In this document: piece by piece, positions 48,179 through 57,362 of the stretch
Layout of the letters: each line of letters opens with the position of its first letter
Position numbering within the stretch: position 1 is the first letter of the stretch
Assembly (NCBI GenBank): GCA_050250895.1
Contig: JBFWNU010000002.1
Location: 288,001 to 352,000 of the forward strand
DNA: 64,000 nucleotides
Source of the DNA: Vulcanimicrobiota bacterium
GTDB taxonomy: Bacteria; Vulcanimicrobiota; Xenobia; Xenobiales; JADMJV01
Reading direction: 5' to 3'
Notes under the pieces: generated by a model
Database searches by the model: none
What the model was told of the DNA's origin: nothing
Seen by the model: the letters and a program-made list of their open reading frames with translations, nothing else
Position numbers and translations under genes: made by a program

Positions 48179-50341
48179 ATGATCTCTGCTTTGACCTCGG
48201 TTCGAAACGCCCAGGCGTTTGGGACCAAACTGGCCGCACGGGAGGGGGAAATCGCGGGGCCACAGGATACGGCGCAGCTATCGCGAGAGATAGCGTCGCT
48301 AGACTCCAAGTTGCCCGGGCATGTGGAAGGGGAAGTGCTGGTCAAGCTGCACCGCGGCTTCCAGGCTGACGAGGCCTTCGTAGGCGACTATGGAGCCACC
48401 CTGGTCGAGGAATTCGACATTCCTCCCGACATGCGCCAGAAGATCGGCGGCAAGATGGTCCATCTCCGCTTGCCCGAGGGCGTGACCACGGCCGAAGCCA
48501 TGGTCGCCATGGGGCGCGACGGCCGGGTGGCCTACGCTTGCGCCAACGAACTCCTGTCCCACTACGGAGACCCGGTCTTTCCTCCCGATCTCGACACCCG
48601 GCTGTGGGGTCTGCACAACACCGGGCAAGACGAAGGCACGGCCGACGCCGACATCGATGCCCCCGAAGCCTGGGCTATCACCACCGGCAAGGGCCTGCAA
48701 GAAAACGGCCCGGTCATTGCCGTGATCGATACCGGCATCGACACCGGCCACCCTGATCTCAGGGCCAACCTCTGGACCAACACCGGCGAGATTCCTGGCG
48801 ACGGCATCGACAACGACGGCAACGGCGTCATCGACGATGTGCACGGCTACAACGCCATCGACGGTAGCGGCAATCCCTATGATGACAATCGCCACGGCAC
48901 GCACTGCGCCGGCACCATCGCCGCCGATGGCACCAACGGAGAGGGCGTGGTCGGGGTGAACCACAAGGCCCAGCTGATGGCCGTCAAGTTCCTCTCGGGC
49001 CAGGGTAGCGGCACCACCGCCGACGCCGTGAAAGGTCTGCTCTATGCCGACCGCATGGGAGCCCGCATCACCTCGAACTCGTGGGGAGGCGGTGGCTTCA
49101 ATGAAGCCCTGCGCGACACCCTCGAGGCCTCTCACGCTCTGCACATCTTCGCGGCCGGCAACTCGAACAACGACAACGATGCCCGCGCCTCCTATCCGGC
49201 TTCGTACGACCTCGACAATATCGTCTCGGTGGCCGCCAGCGACCGCAACGACCAGCGGGCCAGCTTCTCGAACTATGGGGCTACCAGCGTCGACCTGGCC
49301 GCCCCGGGCAAGACCATCTTCTCGACGGTGCCGGGAGGCCGCTACGCCACGCTCAGCGGCACCTCCATGGCCACGCCCCACGTGGCCGGCGTGGCCGGAC
49401 TCATCGCCAGCGCCTATCCCGAGGCCAGCAACGACGACATCAAGGGTCGCTTGCTCAATGGCGTCGACCGTCTACCCCAGTTGACCAACAAAGTCCTTAG
49501 CGGGGGTCGCCTCAACGCCGCCAACTCGCTCGAAGACGACCACATCGCCCCGGGAGCTCCCAACGATTTTCGCACCGAGGCCGCTGGCGCGCGCACGGTG
49601 CGCCTGAGCTGGACGGCCACCGGTGACGACGGGTGGTGTGGTCGCGCCTCGGCTTACCAGCTGCGCCATGCCGACCGGCCTATTGTAGAAGGCCCGGCGG
49701 GAGAGTCCGAAGTCGGCTTTGATCAGGCCACCACGCTGGTCGCTCCCAAGCCGTCCGAAACCGGCACCATCGAGCAGGTGATGCTTAACCTGCCGCCCTC
49801 GGGTCAACCTCGGACCCTCCACTTCGCCCTCAAAGTGGCCGACAACCTCGGCAATCTCTCGGAGATCCGCACGGCCACCGCCCAGATTCCCGCCTCGACC
49901 GTGGCCTTTCAGGACAATTTTGACAACAACCAGCGGGGCTGGACGGCCGAAGCCGATTGGGCCCGCATCGACGAGCCTGGTCGAGGCAAAATCTGGACCG
50001 ACAGTCCCAACGGCAACTACGCCAACGAGCGCAACGCCTCGCTGGTGTCGCCCCCCATCAATCTGGCGGCCATTCGCAACAGCGCGCTACTTTTTGACAC
50101 TCGCTACGAGATCGAGCAGAGCTTCGACCGCCTCCACCTCGAGGTCTCCACCGACAACAAGATCTGGAACAAGCTCGAGGACTTCACCGGCCGCAGCGAG
50201 TGGAAGCAGCATCTGGTCGACCTCTCGCGCTACGACGGCCAGACGGTCCGCCTGCGCTTTCGACTCGAAAGCGACAGCTCGGTGGTGCGCGACGGTTTCT
50301 ATCTAGACAATATCTCGGTCGTCGGCGACCCCAACATCTAG
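48179..50341 (+). CDS. S8 subtilisin-like serine protease (propeptide, catalytic, FN3-like, jelly-roll), paralog 1
   Basis: [29 protein letters not shown]; no Sec signal. Confidence 0.95.
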   Translation: MISALTSVRNAQAFGTKLAAREGEIAGPQDTAQLSREIASLDSKLPGHVEGEVLVKLHRGFQADEAFVGDYGATLVEEFDIPPDMRQKIGGKMVHLRLPEGVTTAEAMVAMGRDGRVAYACANELLSHYGDPVFPPDLDTRLWGLHNTGQDEGTADADIDAPEAWAITTGKGLQENGPVIAVIDTGIDTGHPDLRANLWTNTGEIPGDGIDNDGNGVIDDVHGYNAIDGSGNPYDDNRHGTHCAGTIAADGTNGEGVVGVNHKAQLMAVKFLSGQGSGTTADAVKGLLYADRMGARITSNSWGGGGFNEALRDTLEASHALHIFAAGNSNNDNDARASYPASYDLDNIVSVAASDRNDQRASFSNYGATSVDLAAPGKTIFSTVPGGRYATLSGTSMATPHVAGVAGLIASAYPEASNDDIKGRLLNGVDRLPQLTNKVLSGGRLNAANSLEDDHIAPGAPNDFRTEAAGARTVRLSWTATGDDGWCGRASAYQLRHADRPIVEGPAGESEVGFDQATTLVAPKPSETGTIEQVMLNLPPSGQPRTLHFALKVADNLGNLSEIRTATAQIPASTVAFQDNFDNNQRGWTAEADWARIDEPGRGKIWTDSPNGNYANERNASLVSPPINLAAIRNSALLFDTRYEIEQSFDRLHLEVSTDNKIWNKLEDFTGRSEWKQHLVDLSRYDGQTVRLRFRLESDSSVVRDGFYLDNISVVGDPNI

Positions 50342-52632
50342 GGGATGGTGACGGCGCGGGCCGGATGGGCGCGCGGTGCCAGGGCGAGGTTGTCCCAGGT
50401 GATTTTGCCGTTGGTGTCGGTCCCATCGAAGTCGACCCGTCGCCCATAGTGGTCGGCCTTGGAGCCGTCGCCGCGGTTTTCGACATGGACGCAATGACTG
50501 CGGCTCGAGACCATGACCGCCTCGTGGTCGTCCACCTTCCAGGGGGCGATGCGGTAGGCGTTCTGACGAAGGCCGAGATAGCGCAGGCAGTTGGGGGCGA
50601 ATTCGCCGTTGTTGAGCCAGTCTAGCGCCTTCTCGTAGCTCTTGACCGGCGCGTGCTTGCCGGTTTGCAGGCGCTTGGCCATGACGGCAAAGCAGGCATC
50701 GGCCATCCGCCGCCCGACCCCCGAGCCGCGAAAGTTCGAGCTAGCGCGAGCCAGGTCCAGTTCGGCCCGAGAAAGGGTGAGTTGATGACCGTCTTGCATG
50801 ACCACCCGCCAGCCATCGTCGGTGGGGGAGAGCTCATCGAAAACCCCGGTGCCATATTGCTGAAGAGCAGCTTTGATGACGGCCACCGAGACGCAGTTGC
50901 CTTCGACACTCTGGGCCCAGGAGCGGGTCAGCTCGTCGTCGGGACTGGGTAGCAAGTCGGCAAAAGCTGCCAGGTCAGGCGTCTGGGTGGCCACCCTTTC
51001 GAGCCTGGCCGCCAGCTTCTGATCGAGGGGACGAGCCGTGAGCAGCAGGGCGGCAAGCTCGCCCACGGTCGGCTCCTTTTCGCTAAGATAGCGGATGCCA
51101 ATCTGCAGCAAAGCCAGCTTCTCGGCCGGGTGGCCAAAGCCGTGGCGGGCTTCGAGTTGGGTGAGCAATCCCACGCATTTCCCCAGCTCTCCTGGGCTAT
51201 TCGCCAGCGATTTGAGACCCTCGCGAGCAGCCGCGCAGTCGACCTCGAAGTCTTTCTTGCTGCGAGGAAGCTGGGCCGCCAGCCCGCGATCGAGCACCCG
51301 AGCCAAAAGCGATCCCTCGCCCTGCTCGGACAGTCCGCGCAAGCCTCCGGCCAACAAGCTCAGCATGGCCGCCTCGGCGGGCTCGTTGCGCAGCCGGGTA
51401 GCCAACCCCGAGTCGGATCCTGTGAGTCGCTCCCAGGCGTCCGCGCCCAGCCGCTTGAGGCCTGTTTGGGCCTCGTTTACAAGCGAATCGCGAAAATAGC
51501 CCTCGGTCCAGCGGTCCAGGGCCGCCAGGGCGCCGGCCTGATCCGGCGAGGCCAGCGGCAGGAGACGATCCACCATTTTGCGCGCCGTCTCTCGACCGCG
51601 CTGGGTGTCGGGATCTCTTTCCACCACCGCCGCCACCAGCGAGGCTGCCCCCGTCAACTCTGCTTCGGGGCGCTGCAGCACTTGCCAGGCATAGGCCTGC
51701 ACCCTCGGGGTGAGCTCGAGGTCGGCGTCGAGCACCTGGCTGCAGGCCTGGGCCAGGCTGGCGGGTGTGGCCGCTCCGGCGGTGGCTCCCTCGAGCGCGG
51801 CCTCGTGAATCTGGCTGCGGGTGCGGGCCCGGGTTACCCCGGCGGCCATCTGGCTGGCCCAATCGCGCCAGGCCGGATGGCAGTCAGCCAGAGCGGCACT
51901 GGCCACCAGGGCTCGATCTTCCCAACCGTCGAGAGGTTCGACCATGGCCAAACCCAGGGCGGCCGAGGACTCTTCTCGCCCGTGCGCCTCGAGCCCCCGT
52001 TGGATGGCTGCGACCTGAGCTCGAGCATCGACCAGGGCCAGTTGCTTGACGCGTTGCAGCAGTCTGGCCTCGGCCGTGTCCGGGAGGCGCTCGAGCAGCC
52101 GGCCGGCTAGATCCAGGCTGGCCGGCGAGTTGGCTGTCGCGGCCAGCATCTCGCCCAGGGCGATGGGTTCGGTGTCTTGCTCGCGAGCTAACAGCAGCAG
52201 TCGCTGGCGAGCCGAAACCTCGGGCATCCTCAGCACGAACGAGCTGAAGTGGCCGGGGCTGGTTTCGAGCAAAGAAGCCACGGCGGCCTCGGCGGGCTGG
52301 TCTCCCTGGCCGGCCACCGTCAATTCTCTCAAAGCCAACGCGGCCAGCATCGAAGCCGGAGCCGCCCCCAGAGTCGCCTGCTCGGCCAGCTGAGCCAGGA
52401 CATCTTTGTAGACGGCCAGTCGAGCCCCGGGCTCGACGGCAGCGCCCATGGCCAGGGTCAGGGCCACCGGCCCGTGATAGTTGACCTCTCGACCCTGATA
52501 CTGGTCGATGGCCTCCAAGGCCGAAGTGGCGGCCTCGAGACGCTTTCGCTCGCGGCCAAAGAGATGAAACCGTCCGGCTCCCTTGAGCCCCCTCAGGGCC
52601 AGGGTCGCCGGAGCAGAGCCGGGTTGAACCAT
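50338..52632 (-). CDS. Helical protein with C-terminal papain-like cysteine-enzyme domain
   Basis: QSVEGNCVSVAVIKAA...SHCVHV...DHYG. Confidence 0.6.
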   Translation of the reverse strand: MVQPGSAPATLALRGLKGAGRFHLFGRERKRLEAATSALEAIDQYQGREVNYHGPVALTLAMGAAVEPGARLAVYKDVLAQLAEQATLGAAPASMLAALALRELTVAGQGDQPAEAAVASLLETSPGHFSSFVLRMPEVSARQRLLLLAREQDTEPIALGEMLAATANSPASLDLAGRLLERLPDTAEARLLQRVKQLALVDARAQVAAIQRGLEAHGREESSAALGLAMVEPLDGWEDRALVASAALADCHPAWRDWASQMAAGVTRARTRSQIHEAALEGATAGAATPASLAQACSQVLDADLELTPRVQAYAWQVLQRPEAELTGAASLVAAVVERDPDTQRGRETARKMVDRLLPLASPDQAGALAALDRWTEGYFRDSLVNEAQTGLKRLGADAWERLTGSDSGLATRLRNEPAEAAMLSLLAGGLRGLSEQGEGSLLARVLDRGLAAQLPRSKKDFEVDCAAAREGLKSLANSPGELGKCVGLLTQLEARHGFGHPAEKLALLQIGIRYLSEKEPTVGELAALLLTARPLDQKLAARLERVATQTPDLAAFADLLPSPDDELTRSWAQSVEGNCVSVAVIKAALQQYGTGVFDELSPTDDGWRVVMQDGHQLTLSRAELDLARASSNFRGSGVGRRMADACFAVMAKRLQTGKHAPVKSYEKALDWLNNGEFAPNCLRYLGLRQNAYRIAPWKVDDHEAVMVSSRSHCVHVENRGDGSKADHYGRRVDFDGTDTNGKITWDNLALAPRAHPARAVTIP

Positions 52633-52638
52633 GGGGTC

Positions 52639-52671
52639 AGCCTAAGCGAAGCCTCTGAACACAACCTGAAA
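52639..52671 (-). promoter_or_regulatory. Phased-repeat promoter, leaderless
   Basis: TTCAGG-N5-TTCAGA-N9-TAGGCT-N6-ATG. Confidence 0.65.
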
Positions 52672-52675
52672 GGGT

Positions 52676-53455
52676 TCAGCCGAGAAAATCCAGAGAGACG
52701 GCCAGCAGCGTGTCGGTGGCCCGAGGGTTAGGACCCATGTCGGCGAGGTCCATGTGGTCGCTCTCAGGAACGACCACCAGCGAGGCGGTGGGTAGCAGGT
52801 CTCGCAGAGCCAGTCGCTGGTGGCTGGTGGTGCCGTCGGCGGTATGGTCTTGCTCGGCTAGAACCCAGAGGGCGGGAAGGTCCAGACGCTGGTAGTCCTT
52901 CGCCCGAAACAGTTGTCCGGGCGGTTGAAACGAGATGGCGATGAGCGCCGACACGGCCGGATGAGCGAAGTCGCCGAGCCCGGGAACGGGCAGCCCGGCC
53001 ACGGCCATGGCCGAGTAGGCTCCGAAGGAATGGCCGGCGGCCACGATTCGACCAGGCCCGAATTCCATGCGCACCCGGTCGATGACCAGCCCAAGATCGA
53101 GCGGCCGGTTGGCAAGACAGGCTGGATTGTAGACCCAGCGCCGGAGGCTCGGGCCGGGACGAAGGTATCGCCGCGGCAGCAAGCGCACGGCGGCCGAGCG
53201 GGAAGAGCCCGGATGCTCGACCACCACGACCCCATGGCCCCGGTCCGCCCAGCCGCGGGCCAGTTTGGCGTAGTCAAAGCGGTTGCCGCCGAACCCGGTG
53301 GAGAAGACAATCCAGCTTCTGGTGGGTCCGACCGGCAGATAGACTGCGCACGGCACCCGGCGCTGTCGGCGCGGGTCGAGGCAGTCCCAAACCAGATCCG
53401 CCCGACGCCGGCCCGGCAGGCCCAGGGCCTGGGGAAGCAAACGAATAGCCGTCAC
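52676..53455 (-). CDS. Alpha/beta hydrolase (PAF-acetylhydrolase/chlorophyllase-like)
   Basis: FSTGFGG, VVEHPGS, RPLDL, GHSFG, EQD, DHMD. Confidence 0.85.
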   Translation of the reverse strand: MTAIRLLPQALGLPGRRRADLVWDCLDPRRQRRVPCAVYLPVGPTRSWIVFSTGFGGNRFDYAKLARGWADRGHGVVVVEHPGSSRSAAVRLLPRRYLRPGPSLRRWVYNPACLANRPLDLGLVIDRVRMEFGPGRIVAAGHSFGAYSAMAVAGLPVPGLGDFAHPAVSALIAISFQPPGQLFRAKDYQRLDLPALWVLAEQDHTADGTTSHQRLALRDLLPTASLVVVPESDHMDLADMGPNPRATDTLLAVSLDFLG

Positions 53456-53498
53456 GCCTCCAGTATACCCGCTCTGCGGCGCGTCAGCCTGGGTCAGA

Positions 53499-53538
53499 TG
53501 ACCCTAAGCTTGGAAGGTGCTGGCCACAGAGCGGTCGC
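53499..53538. repeat. Left copy of imperfect direct repeat (decayed 3' end of gene 57324-57833)
   Basis: TGACCCTAAGCTTGGAAGGTGCTGGCCAC----AGAGCGGTCGC aligns to 57319-57362. Confidence 0.75.
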
Positions 53539-53570
53539 TCCCGAGCGCGCTCCTGGCGCGCGTGGGCGTT

Positions 53571-54158
53571 TCAGTCTTTGGGACGAGCGTGATCTTCTCG
53601 CTCAACTCCGCAGAGCGTGATTCGCTTAAGTGAACCTCCCACCATTTGCACCTTCCAGCCTCTCCACAGGTACATGCTGGAGTCCGACAGCTCCACTATA
53701 CGACCGGGTATTCCAAGGACGCCAAGGACTTTCTCTTCGCTATCGCCGAAGGAGAGAAGAATTTTCCCCTCTTGGACAAGTTGGTGGCCCGTAACGCTAA
53801 CGACCTGGAGACCTCTGGTTTGTTGCAGCGTGCCCGGAAAAAGGAGACAATCCCTTGCCTTTGCTACGTCAATGAACTGGATATCCAGTTGTTCGTCATA
53901 CACCCATATCTGATAGTCCAACCCCGCGTAGATTCTTTTCTCCAGCGGATCTCCTAAGCGTTCTTGAACTTGGAGCGGCGACATCCCCAAGCCAACATCA
54001 GATATCACACACTTTTTAGGGTTCAGCCTTACATCGCCATCAGCATAGATGGGCGTGATGAGCAATGATATCAAGAAGACTACTCTATACACAATCTTCT
54101 GATCTCCAAACCACGACGGAGAGTAACACCTCTTCAAGTAGACGGCCTCGTCCTTCAA
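53571..54158 (-). CDS. Hypothetical exported protein, lower GC, with two SmpA/BLIP-like G.S...V...LG.P motifs
   Basis: LGMSPLQVQERLGDP and FGDSEEKVLGVLGIP; hydrophobic segment ending IYA; start uncertain. Confidence 0.55.
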   Translation of the reverse strand: MKDEAVYLKRCYSPSWFGDQKIVYRVVFLISLLITPIYADGDVRLNPKKCVISDVGLGMSPLQVQERLGDPLEKRIYAGLDYQIWVYDEQLDIQFIDVAKARDCLLFPGTLQQTRGLQVVSVTGHQLVQEGKILLSFGDSEEKVLGVLGIPGRIVELSDSSMYLWRGWKVQMVGGSLKRITLCGVEREDHARPKD

Positions 54159-54397
54159 GTGACGTGCCGCGGATGCGTGAAGGCCCCGATCAGGTCATCG
54201 AGTTCGAAGGGGTTGTCGTAGCGGTTCGAGACGTGCAGCAAGAAGGGCACGATGGTGTTCTCGGTGGGACTGAGCCCGCCCAGGTCCGTCAGGTCGCGGG
54301 GCTCGGCTCGCTCGGGCAGGCGGCCCTGGGCGATGAAGCGCCGGAAGCAAGGAAAGGTGACGGCGAGCGCTCGGAAGCGGTGAGTTGGGTCTGTCAC
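54155..54397 (-). CDS. Small hypothetical protein divergent from the XRE gene, possibly truncated
   Basis: GTG start after AAGGA; stop overlaps the next gene. Confidence 0.4.
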   Translation of the reverse strand: MTDPTHRFRALAVTFPCFRRFIAQGRLPERAEPRDLTDLGGLSPTENTIVPFLLHVSNRYDNPFELDDLIGAFTHPRHVT

Positions 54398-54543
54398 GGG
54401 CAAGTCCTTTGAAAGCTGAGATTTTACCAACGAACATGACGTGTTTAGGATACGAATTTTGAGAATATTCCACGAAGACATTCATTTGAAGGAACGAAAG
54501 TTTGCTCTGGTTTTAGTTGTGGATTCTCTTGAAAGCCGATAAT

Positions 54544-54927
54544 ATGGAGCTAACTACTCGCCAGAGAGGATTTCTGGATGTGACGTTAGGTCAACGAATT
54601 CGTCATCTAAGGATGCAAAAAGGCTGGAGTCAACGCCAACTCGAGGAGAAGGCCGGCTTAGAAGGCCGCAATCTCACGAGGTATGAAAGCGACAAGGTTC
54701 GCCCTCGTTTGAGAGTCTTGAAGCAGCTTGCATCCGCACTCCAAGTCAGCGTTGACGAGCTGACCACCGACGAAAACGAACGGCCCGAGCAGCAGTTCCA
54801 AGACAAGGAACTTCTCAACCAGTTCCTGGCCGTAGAGAAGATGGACGAGCAAGACAGGATGGCCATCAAGTGTCTGCTGCAAGCCATGATCCTCAACAAC
54901 AAGATAAGGGACCTGCAAACCGCCTGA
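54544..54927 (+). CDS. XRE-family HTH regulator
   Basis: LGQRIRHLR..KGWSQRQL...AG......TRYE....P....LKQLASALQVSVDEL. Confidence 0.92.
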   Translation: MELTTRQRGFLDVTLGQRIRHLRMQKGWSQRQLEEKAGLEGRNLTRYESDKVRPRLRVLKQLASALQVSVDELTTDENERPEQQFQDKELLNQFLAVEKMDEQDRMAIKCLLQAMILNNKIRDLQTA

Positions 54928-55187
54928 TGTTGAAGCTGCCTGATGAAATACTGCGATTGGCTGGCAAGGGCGACTCGGAATTGCCTAGCTATATCAGCGC
55001 TCTCGTGGTGCTGGACCTCTTCCGCCAGCGCTCGATCTCGGCTGGCAAAGCGGCCGAAGTACTTGGCCTGGACCGCCAGGGCTTCATGGATATCGCTGAC
55101 GAGCATGGCATTCCGCTGGTGAACCTGACCGGCTCCGAAGCCGCCGAGGAGTGGGAGGCCTGGCGAGCCCACAAAGAGCGCGATTGA
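54927..55187 (+). CDS. UPF0175-family protein (putative antitoxin)
   Basis: LFRQRSISAGKAAEVLGLDRQGFMD....GIP. Confidence 0.85.
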   Translation: MLKLPDEILRLAGKGDSELPSYISALVVLDLFRQRSISAGKAAEVLGLDRQGFMDIADEHGIPLVNLTGSEAAEEWEAWRAHKERD

Positions 55188-55669
55188 GGATCGTTTCCGA
55201 TGCGGGGCCGATCATCGGCTACGCTCGCACTGGCTACCTTCACCTGTTGCAGGGCATCTTCGGTGAGGTGCTTATCCCTGAGCAGGTCGAGCGGGAGATT
55301 CTGGCAGGGGGCGACCGCCCGGGAGCGCGTGAGATTCGAGAGTTCGACTGGATTCGCACCGTGGCGATCAATAACCAGCGGACCTTTGAGTCCTGCCGAG
55401 CACATCTCGGATCTGGCGAGAGCGCGGCCATCGCGCTGGCGGAGGAACTGCAGCTGCCTCTGCTGCTTGAGGATGGAGCGGGTCGACGCACGGCCAGGAC
55501 TTTCAAAGTCCCGGTTGTCATTGGCACCAAGACGGTCGCCGAGGAGGCCCTCCACCAGCAACTGATTCCCCGTGCCAGTGATCTTCTCGAGGCATTGCGA
55601 TTCCAGCGCTACCGCCTCAGCAAGGCCGTCGTCAACGAGATTCTGACCCAGGTTGCGCAGCCCCACTGA
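55184..55669 (+). CDS. DUF3368 PIN-like protein (putative toxin)
   Basis: IVSDAGPII, LIPEQVERE, LGSGESAAIALA, LLEDGAGRRTA. Confidence 0.85.
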   Translation: MRIVSDAGPIIGYARTGYLHLLQGIFGEVLIPEQVEREILAGGDRPGAREIREFDWIRTVAINNQRTFESCRAHLGSGESAAIALAEELQLPLLLEDGAGRRTARTFKVPVVIGTKTVAEEALHQQLIPRASDLLEALRFQRYRLSKAVVNEILTQVAQPH

Positions 55670-55734
55670 GCCGCCGGCTCCAACCCGTCAACGGCCACGA
55701 CGGCCGCCCTTCACCGACAATTTGAAAGGCCCAA

Positions 55735-55826
55735 GCGGCGAAGCCGCGCCAGGGCTACGACGCGCAGCGTCGAGTACCTCAAAGACCCGAGCCGTAGCGC
55801 AGCGAAGGCTCGCTCCCCTCTGGCGC
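55735..55826. repeat. Cluster of GCGAAGC/GCGCAGC mini-hairpins (REP-like) at the 3' end of the HNH gene
   Basis: GCGGCGAAGCCGC; CGACGCGCAGCGTCG; GAGCC..GCGCAGCG..GGCTC; outer stem GCGCCAG/CTGGCGC. Confidence 0.55.
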
Positions 55827-55833
55827 AGCCCCA

Positions 55834-56964
55834 TCAGCTCTCGAACTTGCGGCCCTCGCGGTCTCGGAAGGTCAGCCCGTCCGGGGCCGTCCCTTCGATG
55901 AAGAGAAAGCCGTCGTGGACATTGCGATGGCAACCCGTGCACAGGAAAATCAGGTTGGCCGGCATCGTCAGGCCGCCCAGAGCGAAGAAGCGGATGTGGT
56001 GGGATTGCAACCAGATATGGTTCGGGCAGTCGGGAGTCTGGCAGCAGTAGCAGTCGCGAATCTTCAGGGCTTCGGTCTGGGCGGGCGTGAGCCCGCGGGC
56101 GTCAGGATTGAACTTCAGCTTCGGCGAGACCTCCCAATGGGCGTCGGCCTGGCGAGCGAGCTGCACGCTAGCGTTGCCGGGGCACTCTTCACCATCGACT
56201 GCCGTGGTGGCCATGAAGAACTCGTCCCCCGGGGGACGAAGGCCCAGCTCCTGAGCCAACTCATGGGCCGTCTGGATGGGTCCGGCCAATTTGCGCCGGC
56301 GCGAGGCGGCAACCGCAGCGGCACGGGCGCGCATCGCTTCGAGGTCTTTGTCTTTGACCGGAGCGGCTTGTAGACGCTGGGCGAGCAAATAGGCCAGGGC
56401 CTCTTTGAGTTCGACCTTGCGCCCCAGCTCGAGGGAAAGCGAATGCAAGACCAACTTCAGCAGTTCGCTCGTCTCGGGGTCGAGATGCAAAGTGATTTCT
56501 TCGCTCTCAATCTTGGTCGGGGGCAGTTCGCCGGGTAGGCCCCCTTTGGGAGTGGCGGCCACCAGTCGGCGAATCACCGAGGTGGAATAAAGCGAAGCCA
56601 GCTCGAGCCAAAGCTTTTCGGTTTCGGGGGTGGCTTTGCTGGCGATCTCGCGCAGCTTGGCCCAACCGATGTCGCCCCGCTCAGCGGCCCCGGTGAGCTG
56701 AGGCAGGACTTCGAGTTGGCGGGCCACGCGGCGACAGGCGTTGGCCTCTTTCTTGGTCACTCCCAGCAGGCGGATGGCGTAGTGGATGGGGCCGCTGCAG
56801 CCGTAGTCTTGATAGCCACCGGTGGCTTGAAGGGCCAGCAGGCACCGTCCCAGGAGGATGCGGTGAATGACCAGGCCGGTGGCCGAGCGGCGGGCCATGT
56901 GGTGGAGGGCTTCGGGTTCGAGGGCGATGAGGGCTTCGCGGGTGTGTTCTTGAAGAGGTTTCAT
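55834..56964 (-). CDS. HNH endonuclease with DUF222-like N-terminus
   Basis: VARQLEVLP......G.IGW.K; RDCYCCQTPDC...HH....GG.T..NL..LC..CH..VH. Confidence 0.85.
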   Translation of the reverse strand: MKPLQEHTREALIALEPEALHHMARRSATGLVIHRILLGRCLLALQATGGYQDYGCSGPIHYAIRLLGVTKKEANACRRVARQLEVLPQLTGAAERGDIGWAKLREIASKATPETEKLWLELASLYSTSVIRRLVAATPKGGLPGELPPTKIESEEITLHLDPETSELLKLVLHSLSLELGRKVELKEALAYLLAQRLQAAPVKDKDLEAMRARAAAVAASRRRKLAGPIQTAHELAQELGLRPPGDEFFMATTAVDGEECPGNASVQLARQADAHWEVSPKLKFNPDARGLTPAQTEALKIRDCYCCQTPDCPNHIWLQSHHIRFFALGGLTMPANLIFLCTGCHRNVHDGFLFIEGTAPDGLTFRDREGRKFES

Positions 56965-57318
56965 ACGTCTATTTTAGCGAGGCGAAGGCTGTTCGAGCAA
57001 AAGATCGAACACGCCCAAATGGCTTGGTTATAGGCTTTTTCGGTTGTCTGTGTGATGATGTCCGGCTTTGGAGCGAGGCTCGATGGCGCGAAAGTCAAAA
57101 TTCCGGCTGGAGGCGCTGTGAGGGGAATTCCAGCGCCTTTGAGAGGGCGTTTGGGTGACGGATCGTTGGGCGGCGTTCTTGTGCCGATGATAGACTTTTT
57201 TGAGAAAAATCCTCCGGGGGACCATTCGCGCCGACCCGGGTCTTTAGTCGCGGTCCGCCGGGGGACCGCCGCCGCTCGCCGTGGTTCTGACTGGTCACCA
57301 GTTCGGACACCGAACTGT

Positions 57319-57362
57319 TGACCCTAAGCCTGCAAAGTACTGGCCACGGTCAGAGCGGTCGC
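57319..57362. repeat. Right copy of the direct repeat (intact gene 3' end)
   Basis: TGACCCTAAGCCTGCAAAGTACTGGCCACGGTCAGAGCGGTCGC. Confidence 0.75.

Larger units (their letters stand above)
53499..57362. mobile_element. Integrase-less islet bounded by direct repeats
   Basis: Flanking ~40-bp repeat, AT-richer left half, XRE, UPF0175/DUF3368 and HNH cargo. Confidence 0.55.

Noticed and set aside
55834-56964. HNH protein as IscB/Cas9-like RNA-guided nuclease
   Set aside because: No PLMP or RuvC motifs; the layout fits DUF222-like HNH proteins.
57218-57248. ECF-like promoter GGGACC-N16-GTCTTTAG
   Set aside because: No downstream gene in that orientation and only one occurrence; unsupported.
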